Shown here piece after piece: positions 51,201 to 61,186 of a DNA stretch of 64,000 nucleotides (position 1 is its first letter; each line of letters opens with the position of its first letter). Source of the DNA: Candidatus Latescibacterota bacterium (GTDB lineage: Bacteria > Latescibacterota > UBA2968). Position numbers and translations under genes: made by a program. The notes under the pieces were generated by a model. The model was not told the DNA's origin. It did no database searches and saw only the letters and a list, made by a program, of their open reading frames with translations. The stretch lies in the NCBI GenBank assembly GCA_965222605.1, contig OZ244960.1, forward strand, positions 512,001 through 576,000, read 5' to 3'.

Positions 51201-53780
51201 AATAGACTGCGTTCCTGAACTACTTTCACCGCTCCCCGTCACTACCACAACATATTCATTATTACCCGCATCATTTAACGGAGAAGTACTCGCCACATCC
51301 AGCGGATCCTCATAATTCGGTACATCATTAAACATCAATAAACCACTCTCAGAGATAGAAAATTTATCCCCATCTGAACCGCCAGACACAGTATAACCAG
51401 ACACGGCACCACCGATAGACCGACCCCTTAACCGAGAAACTTCAGAAGCATCCGGACTGCCCGGCACTATCCCATAACGGAAATTAAATACATTCTCCCC
51501 TAAATCCTTAACCTTCACATGAGCGTAGTACGTCCCTTCACATAAAGAAACTATTATCCTTTTCTTGGAAGGATCGGAAGGATCGTTCGACGTTCCGAGA
51601 GGCAACTCACTACCGTCTGCATCCTCCAATATCAAATCAGTGTCAACATCCAACTGCCTCAAGCCAATATTTAGCACCTTCGGTTGGGTCAAAACAAAAC
51701 GATAATACTTCTCATGATTCCCATCTCCGAGAGACTCATTATTCTCAAAATACCCCTTACCCGACGTTAAACCCGTTATATCCCCCAAATCTTTGAACTC
51801 CGACGGCCTCCGATAAATCCTTGCAGACACAGTGCCAACATTAGAACTGTTTTCCTCCACACCAAACGCATCTGCACTCACAAAAGAAACCTGTTCATTA
51901 CCCCAGGTAACACTCGGCTCAAATACAAAAACTGCGACAACTTCCGGCGACAATGTTATTGAATTGGAGACCTTTTCAAACGCAAGACCTCTTCTTCTAT
52001 CACTTGTATTTTGAATGTCTCCCATTGAAATTTGAACGTCTCCGAGTGTTACAGTAATATCGTTATCCGCTGTCGCATCAATCCTGGTCGCGGTCACGAC
52101 AGAACTGCTCATAGACCCGGCAGAAATCGTCACAACATTATTATCAACGTCCAACGTTCCGCCAGAAACTGTAACGGGAACATTAAGATCGAAAGGTGCG
52201 CCTGTATGAACCTTCGCAAAAAACTTATCAGAAGTCCCATCCGAATTTTGGATTCTCTCAAGGCTTACTCGCATATTCAGAGGATCAACACTATTACTCC
52301 GAAAATCCAATTTTAGCAGATTTACCATATTATAGAAAAGACTGTCTGGTAACGCGGAAAGCTTATTCCCTTGCAAATCTAAAAAAATCAAATTTGATGA
52401 AACGTCGGCAAAATCTCTTGAACTGAGACTCGCAATCTTATTGGACGCAAGATACAAATCAAGAACTAGCACCCCCGACAAATCATCCAAAGGCAAAGAT
52501 GAAACACTTGTAATATCGTTGCTATTCAACCTCAAAATCCTAAGTTTTGTCAAAGGCTCAAAAGTATTGTCCTGAAGACTCGTTATATTATTATCCTCTA
52601 ATGACAAGGCCGAAAGACTATCCAATCCTCCAAACGCCCCTGCATGAATATCTGAAATATTGCCTCCACTAACCTCCAAAGTCTTTAACTTCGACATTCC
52701 CACAAAAACATTGTTGTCAAGCGTTGTTAAACTGTTGTTTATTAACCTCAGACGTCTTAACTCTGACAGTCCCGAAAAATCTCCAACTTTCAAAGCCGAA
52801 ATAGAACTCTCCGAACTGCCATATATCGCTAATCGATTCGTTAGATTAGACAAGTCTTGTTCTGTGACACTCCCACAATCTGTTGCACCGAGAGCCGTTA
52901 CTATCGCGTCGCGCACTTGCGGGGTGCGATCACAGACGCTGAGAAAATCAGAAGAGGTAGCAACACGCTTAGTAGCGTAAGGTTGGTCAATGGTGTCAAC
53001 AGACTTGCCAAAGCTACTGACAAAGATCAAGAAGTCATCAAATGCAATTTCGCCATTGCCATCCAGATCGTACTTTGTCTCGTACTTTCCATCGTTAAGT
53101 CGAGATCCAAAAACACTTACTAAAAACAAAAAGTCGGGAAAATCTACAGTCCCACTCCCGTCAAAGTCTGGGGAAGAGGCTGCAGCGACCCGTAGGGCAA
53201 CACTGAGGGATAGAGGCACTGCCTCAGATTGTTCCCCCCGGCCAAGCTCAGCACGCACCAACCGAATCTCTGTGCCCAAAAACGCATCCGTGGTCAAAAA
53301 ACGCAGTGTACCCATCAGACCGCTGTTGACTGTTGCAGAGCCACCCAAAGACGCCAGGTTGATCTGGACAAAGCTCGCTTGTCCCGGCGTGCGTGAAACG
53401 GCAGTTGAATCCCCTTTCTGGACCCGGACATTGGGCAACACATCACCTGTATCAAACCCTTCGTAAACAACCTGAGTGGCATCGTATTCAATACGAACAG
53501 AAAGATCGCTCGCATTTTGGATATCTGTACCAAAAATCTGAATGGAAACATCCTGATCGGGAGATACATTGAGAGAGTGCATGGCCTGACCGCCCACAGC
53601 CTCATCCAAATCCAGAGAAAGAGAAAAACTACTGGTCTGTGAGGAAGGAGAAAACGATTGAATCAATAGGACGGCGAGTGTAACTGCAAAAATCGAGGCA
53701 TAGGCAGATCGTCTGCGAAGTAGTAATTTCTGCATGTTGAATTCCTCACACTTGTAATGAGCACGACATGAACGACATGA

Positions 53781-53853
53781 TTTACATTGTGCATTTGGGT
53801 CGAACGAGGTTTATCTGGCAGGACCTGTCCTCGTTCGGCTTTTATTTTTCATT
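53781..53853. repeat. 73-bp direct repeat with hairpin, copy 1
   Basis: 70/73 identical to 54987-55059; stem GTCGAACGAGG/CCTCGTTCGGC plus T-rich tail on the + strand. Confidence 0.9.
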
Positions 53854-54877
53854 CTTCACCTTTGTTCGCCCCACAGGATTCCCGCACGATTAGATGCGAT
53901 TTCAAAGTTATTTGCCGAGGCGGATTCTGCCCCTCGAGTTGCTCCAGCATCAGATCCATCGCAGCCTGAGCAATCGCCCCGTAGGGGGTTACCAGTGTGG
54001 TCAGTGCTGGCATCATATAAGCCGCCACGTCAATATCTCCGTGACCCACTACAGCCACATCATCGGGTACGCGCAGACCCAATTCTTGTAGCCCTCTACA
54101 AACGCCTATGGCTGTATAATCGTCTCGGCACACAAGAGCTGTAAACTTGTCGCCGAGTTCTTTGCCCAGGAGATACCCTCCCTCTGCATAGATGGTGGGG
54201 AAAGGTATGTGTTCAGGCGTCAGGCCGTGCTTTTGCATCGCTAAAAGATACCCCTTACCCTTGGATGAAACCTGGCTGGTCTCATTCCAGTCCTCTCCGA
54301 TAAACCCGATCTGCTCGTGACCCAACTCAATCAAATGCTCTGTGGCCTCGTAAAAATCTGCTACCTGATCCAACACAACCCCGCTCAGATTTTCAGTCGG
54401 GTAGTGAAAGGTCACCACGGGCACTCGTCCCCTCACGATGTTCAAAATACGCTCTGATTCTTCTTCATCGCCCCGCGTGTGAATCAAGAGCCCGTCTATG
54501 CCCCGAGAAATCAACTGCCTGATCTGCAGGATCTGGTCGTCAAGTGGATCCTGAGGAAGCCGGTTAGCGGCCATTCTCAGCAGAATCTGATAATCATGCT
54601 CGTCAGCCACTCTCAAAATCTGGTCGGTCTGATGTCCAAACGTCTCCAAAGCAATATGGTAGGTCAGCAGACCCAGTGTGCCCGCCTTTCCCATCACCAT
54701 CCCCCGCGCCATCAAATTGGGACTGTAGTCCATATCGGCGGCTGTTTGTCGCACCAGATCTCGGGTCTGCGTCTTCACCACTATCGACGCATGCGGAGAC
54801 AATGCCCTTGAGACTGTTGAATACGAAATCCCCAACTTCCTTGCAATGTCCTTGATGGTAACTTGCCTCTTTTTCAT
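53849..54877 (-). CDS. LacI-family transcriptional regulator (copy 1)
   Basis: TIKDIARKLGISYSTVSRAL HTH; YSPN..AR; VPDDVAVVG..D; LIVRESCG. Confidence 0.95.
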   Translation of the reverse strand: MKKRQVTIKDIARKLGISYSTVSRALSPHASIVVKTQTRDLVRQTAADMDYSPNLMARGMVMGKAGTLGLLTYHIALETFGHQTDQILRVADEHDYQILLRMAANRLPQDPLDDQILQIRQLISRGIDGLLIHTRGDEEESERILNIVRGRVPVVTFHYPTENLSGVVLDQVADFYEATEHLIELGHEQIGFIGEDWNETSQVSSKGKGYLLAMQKHGLTPEHIPFPTIYAEGGYLLGKELGDKFTALVCRDDYTAIGVCRGLQELGLRVPDDVAVVGHGDIDVAAYMMPALTTLVTPYGAIAQAAMDLMLEQLEGQNPPRQITLKSHLIVRESCGANKGEE

Positions 54878-54986
54878 TTGCTAATCCTTTCGCCAGGCAA
54901 GTAACATAGATGCTGCCTGATCGGTTTTGGTTTTTTCTGTCGCTTAATGCTCTCCCTTAAACTATATTGTAGCCAACACGATGTGG

Positions 54987-55059
54987 TTTACATTGTGCAT
55001 TTGGGTCGAATGGGGTTTGTCTGGCAGGACCTGTCCTCGTTCGGCTTTTATTTTTCATT
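54987..55059. repeat. 73-bp direct repeat with hairpin, copy 2
   Basis: See copy 1. Confidence 0.9.
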
Positions 55060-55072
55060 ATACAATACATAA

Positions 55073-55128
55073 TTGACACATACGTTTGCATCAATACTCA
55101 GAATAATCAATCACATTTCAGATGTCAA
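55073..55128 (-). promoter_or_regulatory. Promoter plus candidate LacI-type operator upstream of lacI copy 1
   Basis: TTGACA (55128-55123)-17 nt-TATTCT (55105-55100); imperfect palindrome TTGACACATACGTTTGCATCAA with central CG overlapping the predicted start site. Confidence 0.6.
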
Positions 55129-55181
55129 GTACTATTTGAACATTTCCATAAAATTTTTCCCAATGTCAAGCATTTCTTCGA

Positions 55182-56210
55182 TCATTTTTCACCTTTGTTC
55201 GCCCCGCAGGATTCCCGCACGATTAGCTTAGATTTCAAGGTCACTTGCCGAGGCTTATCCTGCCCCTGAAGTTGTTCCAGCATCAGATCCATCGCAGCCT
55301 GAGCAATCGCCTCGTGCGGGATTACCATTGTGGTCAGTGATGGCGTCACATAAGCCGATACGTCAATATCTCCGCGACCCACTACAGCCACATCATCGGG
55401 TACGCGAAAACCCAATTCCCGTAGCCCTCTACAAACGCCTATCGCTGTATAATCGTCCCGGCACAAAAGGGCCGTAAACCGGTCACCGAGTTCTTTGCCC
55501 AGGCGATATCCCGATTCTGTACGGATGGTGGGAACAGGTGTGTGTTTTGGCGTCAGGCCGTACTTTTCCATCGCCAGGCCATACCCCTTAGCCTTGTTTG
55601 AAAGCGGGCTGCCATCATTCCAGTGGGAACCGAGAAACCCGATCCGCTCGTGACCCAACCCGATCAAATGCTCTGTGGCCTCGTAATAATCCGCTGCAAG
55701 GTCCAGCACGACCCCGCTCAGGTCTTGAGTCGGAAAGCGAAGGGTCACCACGGGCATCTGTCCCTTCACGATATCCAAAATACGCTCTGATTCTTCTTCA
55801 TCGCCCCGCGTGCGAATCAACAGTCCGTCTATACCCCGAGAAATCAACTGCTTGATCTGTAAAGTCTGGTCGTCCATCGGAGTCAAAGGAAGCCGGTTAG
55901 AGGCCAGTCTCAGCAGAATCTGATAATTCTGCTTGTCAGCCGCTTTCAGAATCTGGTCAGTCTCACGTCCAAGCGTCTCCAAAGCAATCTGGTGGGTCAG
56001 CAGACCCAGTGTACCTGTCTTCCCCATCACCATCCCCCGCGCTATCAAATTGGGACTATAGTCCATCTCGGCGGCTGTTTTTTCTACCAGTTTTCGGGTC
56101 TTTTCCTTCACCAATACCGATGCGTGTGGAGACAGAGCGCGTGAAACTGTTGAATACGAAATCCCCAACTTCCTCGCAATATCTTTGATGGTAGCTTGTT
56201 TTTTTTTCAT
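55182..56210 (-). CDS. LacI-family transcriptional regulator (copy 2)
   Basis: Same length (342 aa) and motifs as copy 1; identical HTH. Confidence 0.95.
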   Translation of the reverse strand: MKKKQATIKDIARKLGISYSTVSRALSPHASVLVKEKTRKLVEKTAAEMDYSPNLIARGMVMGKTGTLGLLTHQIALETLGRETDQILKAADKQNYQILLRLASNRLPLTPMDDQTLQIKQLISRGIDGLLIRTRGDEEESERILDIVKGQMPVVTLRFPTQDLSGVVLDLAADYYEATEHLIGLGHERIGFLGSHWNDGSPLSNKAKGYGLAMEKYGLTPKHTPVPTIRTESGYRLGKELGDRFTALLCRDDYTAIGVCRGLRELGFRVPDDVAVVGRGDIDVSAYVTPSLTTMVIPHEAIAQAAMDLMLEQLQGQDKPRQVTLKSKLIVRESCGANKGEK

Positions 56211-56439
56211 TGGTTAATCCCACAATTAAGCGACATAAATGAGAGGGCATAATTTACGAGCAAACTGCTGTGATGTGACTTCGGAATGGATGATAATATA
56301 TCATCTATAAACAGATATACTTTTTTTACTGATTAGTTAACAGTATCTTAGAAACAAAGAGTGATATATCATCCTGGGACAATATATCGCCCTCATTAAA
56401 AAATAACAAGTTCTAATTTCTCAAATCGCCCTGCTGCGC

Positions 56440-56468
56440 TTGACAACGCTCGCCCCCCCCCTTAACTT
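56440..56468 (+). promoter_or_regulatory. Sigma70-type promoter with a C9 tract in the spacer
   Basis: TTGACA-ACGCTCG(C)9T (17 nt)-TAACTT. Confidence 0.6.
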
Positions 56469-56505
56469 TCAACATCTACTCACTGTATTCTTTACGGATA
56501 TCCCC

Positions 56506-57606
56506 ATGACCACCCGTCTGTATTTCACCCTTGTCTTCCTGCTGGGATTTGTTGCCCCTGCCAACGCGCAAGGCGATCCCACCGAGATACCCGCACGCTA
56601 CGATCTGGCTCGCATGTCGCTGGAAGACGGCGAGGTTCATTATGCCGAACAACAATTCCTTAAAATCCTCAAAATTGACCCCAAACACGCGCCTACACAT
56701 TTAATTTTGGGTCGCCTCTATCACCTTCAGAAGCGCAACGCCAATGCTTACCGCCACCTCAAAACCTATCTCGAGCTCTCGCCTGAAGCACCCGACAAAA
56801 CCGCGATCCGCACCTTGCTCAATACCATCGCCGACAGCCTGAAGGCATCCGGCAAAGGCTGGGTCATCATCGATCCGTCAACGCCCTGGCGTCCATCTGT
56901 CCCACCCCAACCCGACGAACTCGGTTTTGTATCCATCCAGGGCGGAACCTTTTTGATGGGCGGAACCTTTGAAAACGAAAAACCCATCCGTCTGGTCGCA
57001 GTGGCCGATTTCGAACTCCTGAACCACGAAGTCACCAACGCCGAATACTTTGCCTTCACCAGAGCCACGGCCCATCCCTCGCCCGAACACTGGCGCGAAG
57101 ACTGGTTCTGGATATCTGAGTTCGGCACCCACCCCGTTGTCAATATCACCCATTACGACGCCGAAGCTTATTGCCACTGGCTGGACGCGCGCTTGCCCAC
57201 CGAAGCCGAGTGGGAATACGCTTGCCGCGCGGGCCGCACCCAGGCCAAATATCCCTGGGGCGACGACCCACCCGACGAACAAAAGGCCAATTACGGACGC
57301 ATCTTCAAAACGCCTTATCCCACAAGAGCTGTCAAATCCCACCCTCCCAATGCCTACGGTCTCTACGACATGGCCGGCAATGTGTGGGAGTGGTGTGCTG
57401 ATTGGTACGATCCAAACTATTACAAAAACGCCCCCTCCGATAACCCCAAAGGTCCGGACAAGGGCTTCGATTATCAACACACGCGCAGGGGCGGACAATG
57501 GCAGTCCTCCCCTCATTCCCTGCGTTGTGCCCGCCGCTATGGGGGCGAGCCTTCGGCTCAGGACAACGGCAGCATGGCCTACTTCGGCTTTCGCTGTGCC
57601 CGTTAA
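56506..57606 (+). CDS. Exported TPR + FGE-sulfatase (SUMF1/EgtB/PvdO) domain protein
   Basis: Signal peptide from ATG 56506; EVTNAEY, HPVVNI, RLPTEAEWEYACR, PNAYGLYDMAGNVWEWC, GFRC. Confidence 0.9.
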   Translation: MTTRLYFTLVFLLGFVAPANAQGDPTEIPARYDLARMSLEDGEVHYAEQQFLKILKIDPKHAPTHLILGRLYHLQKRNANAYRHLKTYLELSPEAPDKTAIRTLLNTIADSLKASGKGWVIIDPSTPWRPSVPPQPDELGFVSIQGGTFLMGGTFENEKPIRLVAVADFELLNHEVTNAEYFAFTRATAHPSPEHWREDWFWISEFGTHPVVNITHYDAEAYCHWLDARLPTEAEWEYACRAGRTQAKYPWGDDPPDEQKANYGRIFKTPYPTRAVKSHPPNAYGLYDMAGNVWEWCADWYDPNYYKNAPSDNPKGPDKGFDYQHTRRGGQWQSSPHSLRCARRYGGEPSAQDNGSMAYFGFRCAR

Positions 57607-57619
57607 AAGAGAGACCGCC

Positions 57620-58687
57620 ATGGCAATCCGCCTCACATTTCTCTGTGCTCTCCTGGTCGCTCTTCCGATAGCCGTATATAGCGGAGGCATCCCCCGCGTG
57701 CCATTGGGCCATGACGAAATCCGCTATCTCAACAGCATTCCCAAAGACAATCCCCTCACCCAAACCAAAATAGCCCTGGGCAAACTCCTCTTTTTCGACA
57801 AGCGGCTCTCCAGAGATGGCAGCATAGCCTGTGGCTCTTGCCACCAGCCCCATCGCGCCTTTACCGATGGCCGCGTCTTGCCCACAGGTATTGACGGTCA
57901 GACTCCCAAACGCAATGCACCCACCTTAATCAACCGGGCATATGGCACGGCTTATTTTTTCGATGGCAGGGCTGCTTCCCTTGAAGAACAGGCTCTCATC
58001 CCCATCCAGAGTCCCTCAGAAATGGGCAACACCATCGATCATGTCGTCGCCACTTTATCGGCCATCTCCGGTTACCGCGCCCACTTCAAAGCCGCCTTTA
58101 GAGACAGCACCATCACGCCCGACCGCATCGCCAAAGCCTTAGCCGCTTTCGAACGCACACTCATCTCTGGCGAATCGCCCTACGACCTGTTTGAATACGG
58201 CGGCCCCAAAGGCTCCATGTCCAAATCTGCCATCCGGGGCCTGCGCCTCTTTCGCACCAAAGCGCGTTGTACACTCTGCCACATGGGGTTCAACTATACC
58301 GACGAAGACTTCCACAACATCGGTACGGGCTGGGATCGCGCCGATCTTTCCACTTACGAAAAAATCGGCAACCTGAAAGACATTAAAGGTATCGATCCAG
58401 GGCGATATGCACAAACCCAAAAACCAGAACACTTTGGCGCAATGAAAACGCCCACCCTGCGCGAAGTCGCACGCACAGCCCCCTATATGCACAACGGCAG
58501 CATCAAAACCCTGCAAGAAATCATCGAATTTTACGACAAAGGCGGTACCCCCAATCCCTTCCTCGACGAATTGATCTCCCCCCTCAACCTCACCGACGCC
58601 GAAAAACAGGACCTGATCGCCTTCCTCAAAGCACTCAACGGCAGCAACTGGCTCCACATCGAGCCGCCATTTAGCTTCCCCAAGTGA
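57620..58687 (+). CDS. Di-heme cytochrome c peroxidase / MauG family
   Basis: LGKLLFFDKRLS, CGSCH, RNAPT, CTLCH, KTPTLR..PYMHNG; real start ATG 57620 with signal peptide. Confidence 0.9.
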   Translation: MAIRLTFLCALLVALPIAVYSGGIPRVPLGHDEIRYLNSIPKDNPLTQTKIALGKLLFFDKRLSRDGSIACGSCHQPHRAFTDGRVLPTGIDGQTPKRNAPTLINRAYGTAYFFDGRAASLEEQALIPIQSPSEMGNTIDHVVATLSAISGYRAHFKAAFRDSTITPDRIAKALAAFERTLISGESPYDLFEYGGPKGSMSKSAIRGLRLFRTKARCTLCHMGFNYTDEDFHNIGTGWDRADLSTYEKIGNLKDIKGIDPGRYAQTQKPEHFGAMKTPTLREVARTAPYMHNGSIKTLQEIIEFYDKGGTPNPFLDELISPLNLTDAEKQDLIAFLKALNGSNWLHIEPPFSFPK

Positions 58688-58753
58688 GTGGAAACATAAG
58701 CCTTAACTATTGAGAATTGTCGCATCACCCAATTACACGTCCTCTGAAGTGTT

Positions 58754-60976
58754 CTACCTCCGCGCCTTACTCTGCATCCCCTTCACCGGCCACCACGTTG
58801 GGTCGTCAGTCACCACAAGCCCAGCGACCTGTGCAGTCGGTGTACCGGGTCTCAAGCGCAGCGTGTGCGTCCCGGCTGTGAGCCGGAACACCTCTGGCGT
58901 GCCCGTATGCATATTTCCAGCCGGAGACCAGTGCCACTCGCCCCAGAATCCCCAGGCCATCCACTGGACCTCCAGATCATCATCCACACACAAATCGAAA
59001 TACACATCCAGGGTGTCCGGGCGCACCCGCCCCACATGCTCGTCCTTTGGCCGCTCCCGAATAGACCGGCCCCAGATCGCATAATCTCCGTCCCGAGGCA
59101 CCTCAAACGTCCAGGTTGCCATACCACCTCCCCTGGGGTACAGAGCTTGTCCGACCTCCACCTTCTGCAACCCCATGTTCAGGACCTCGGCATCTTCGGG
59201 TATCAGCTCAATCCGAACCGGCTCAAACGCAGGTGTCTTTCCTCCAACAACCTCCGATGGAGCCGACTCGTTGCCCGCCCGATCTACCGCTGTGACACGG
59301 TAATAATACTCCGTATTCAACGCCAGCCCCCAATCTACAAACTCGGCACTCGAAGGGGACCCCACCAGTGTCTCCTGTCTGCACGCAAAATCGGATACCT
59401 GGCTGGAATACACATTGTAGTGGTCCAGATCCGAATCCTCGACCCCGGACCAGTGTATTCCCAGCGTATTGGCCGACACAGCCTCCACCTGAATCCCTCC
59501 AGGCACACCGGGTGCCGTTGTATCCAAAGCCACCCGAACCTTGCCCCCTCGCTCACCATTTGTACCCACCTCACTGGAAAACTCACTCTCCAGCCCGCTC
59601 CACTCCTGTGCCGTCACTACGTAATATCCCGGCGTTCTCGGTCCCGACCATTTCGTCCCCTCAACCGGTTCTTCCGTCAGTCTTACATAATGCTCGGAAT
59701 GCTCATCCCGCCTGTAAATGTGATATCCCTTTGTCTCGTGACACCGCCGGGGCGCTTCCCAGTTCAGCAAAAGCCTATCTTCCCTCGGACTCACCATCAA
59801 ATTCTGGGGCGGATCGGGGAGCCTGTTCACCACAATATAAAGATCCGCATATTCCCCCATAAAATCGCTATTGAACACCACTTTCGTCCCATCCGGGCTG
59901 CTGTTAGGGTGCGGGTGTGTGGCGTGGTGATCCGGGTGCCACCCCCGCTCATTGTGTGAATACAGCGAACTCATGTGTTTGAACAACACGTGGCATTCCT
60001 CCGACCCATCGGTACGGAAACAGATAATGGCCCCGGGATAGCGGCCCCATTGGGGCGTGTCGGACACAAACCATTCTCCGTCCAGGCACGGCCCTCCGTG
60101 CCCTCCGCTGTCCAGGTGTATAACCGATCGCCGGTTTTCCCCTTTATAAGATACCCCCCACACATGCCCGCCGTCATAATACGTCAGTTCGCTTCCGTCC
60201 ATCGGCCAATCCGGATGCCCGCCGGTATAGGGAATCTCGTGCCGGTCCATCCCATCCGGCAAAATCGTCCACTGTGTCCTCGGATCGTCAAAATTAAAAA
60301 ACAGCCTCCGATCCGCTGACTTGGTAAACCGCAATCGATGCCATCGCCGTTCGAAATGCACCTCCTGCACCGCTCCGTCCAGTCCCACCACATAGGCTAC
60401 AGAAGGCATATCTGGTGGAAATATGCCAGCAGACACCTCCTCATTCCCCTTCTTATCTCCAAAGAGGAACCACTCTTCCGACGGATGTGGCGGCATCATC
60501 TGACCCAGATCCCGATCCACATTCACGATTGCCTCCCGTTCCCCCGTAAACGGGTTTTCGGCTACAATATGCGTGCCCTTCTCATCTACCACTGCGTGGT
60601 AAAATCGATCCGGATAGCGCATACTCCAGAAGCCCGTGTTAATCGGCTTTTTATCCGCTGTCGGCATCGGCCGGAGATTGTCTCCATTTGCATCCATTAA
60701 CCACCGCTTGCGCTCCCCACCCGTGCGCCGGCTCAAAAACCCCAGGACCGATCCATTCGCGTTCCACCCGGGAATGTCGTAATAATCGTTTACACTCACT
60801 GCAGGGTCACATGTAACTCGCCAGGCGATATGTCCTGTTGCAGTGTCGCGAAACACGGTCCGCTCCGATAGAAATGCATCCCCTCGCCTGGTATCCGCCA
60901 GCCTCCGCCTCCCCTTTCGCTTTGCCAGTTCCACCAATCCGTGGAACGGTGCCGGTTGTTTGTCTTCTCTGGACAT
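58754..60976 (-). CDS. Oligogalacturonate-lyase/TolB-like beta-propeller with fn3 and C-terminal beta-sandwich domains
   Basis: F.D..TG...R.T...YY...W; THPHPNSSPDGTKVVFNSD; YYYRVTAVDRAGNES; RBS GGAGG before ATG 60976; no signal peptide. Confidence 0.65.
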   Translation of the reverse strand: MSREDKQPAPFHGLVELAKRKGRRRLADTRRGDAFLSERTVFRDTATGHIAWRVTCDPAVSVNDYYDIPGWNANGSVLGFLSRRTGGERKRWLMDANGDNLRPMPTADKKPINTGFWSMRYPDRFYHAVVDEKGTHIVAENPFTGEREAIVNVDRDLGQMMPPHPSEEWFLFGDKKGNEEVSAGIFPPDMPSVAYVVGLDGAVQEVHFERRWHRLRFTKSADRRLFFNFDDPRTQWTILPDGMDRHEIPYTGGHPDWPMDGSELTYYDGGHVWGVSYKGENRRSVIHLDSGGHGGPCLDGEWFVSDTPQWGRYPGAIICFRTDGSEECHVLFKHMSSLYSHNERGWHPDHHATHPHPNSSPDGTKVVFNSDFMGEYADLYIVVNRLPDPPQNLMVSPREDRLLLNWEAPRRCHETKGYHIYRRDEHSEHYVRLTEEPVEGTKWSGPRTPGYYVVTAQEWSGLESEFSSEVGTNGERGGKVRVALDTTAPGVPGGIQVEAVSANTLGIHWSGVEDSDLDHYNVYSSQVSDFACRQETLVGSPSSAEFVDWGLALNTEYYYRVTAVDRAGNESAPSEVVGGKTPAFEPVRIELIPEDAEVLNMGLQKVEVGQALYPRGGGMATWTFEVPRDGDYAIWGRSIRERPKDEHVGRVRPDTLDVYFDLCVDDDLEVQWMAWGFWGEWHWSPAGNMHTGTPEVFRLTAGTHTLRLRPGTPTAQVAGLVVTDDPTWWPVKGMQSKARR

Positions 60977-61186
60977 CGCTAATCCTCCTGAGAACTGTGA
61001 ACAGATTGCACTGCCAATTGCAGTACTCCAAAAAAATAGTTTATCGCCTCTCAAACCGGAAACCAAATATGCCGACCTCTATAATGGGCACTTGTGAAGA
61101 TTGGAACTATCTCTTATATTTTTCTAAAAGCTCGGAATTGGGTGTCCTGGAAATTTCCGTGTTTCACAACCCCGAGGATACATCCG

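Larger units (their letters stand above)
48365..53735 (-). pseudogene. Mosaic surface protein gene (cohesin-like, paired EF-hand/dockerin-like, LRR, PPC-like, cadherin, fn3, six YWTD/LDLR-B repeats); frameshifted near 48967-48970 and 3'-truncated
   Basis: ORFs 48933-53735 and 48365-48913 join if one G is removed from a G4 run (restores fn3 RVRATNAEGQGEWSE); the tail KVKNDQKNT* is read from the lacI-like repeat. Confidence 0.8.

Noticed and set aside
54938-56235. 11-bp inverted match TGTCGCTTAAT upstream of both lacI genes, suggesting an invertible segment
   Set aside because: Too short and no recombinase nearby
57050-57619. N-terminal extension of the peroxidase ORF in the ORF track
   Set aside because: Overlaps the FGE gene in another frame; the signal peptide begins at ATG 57620
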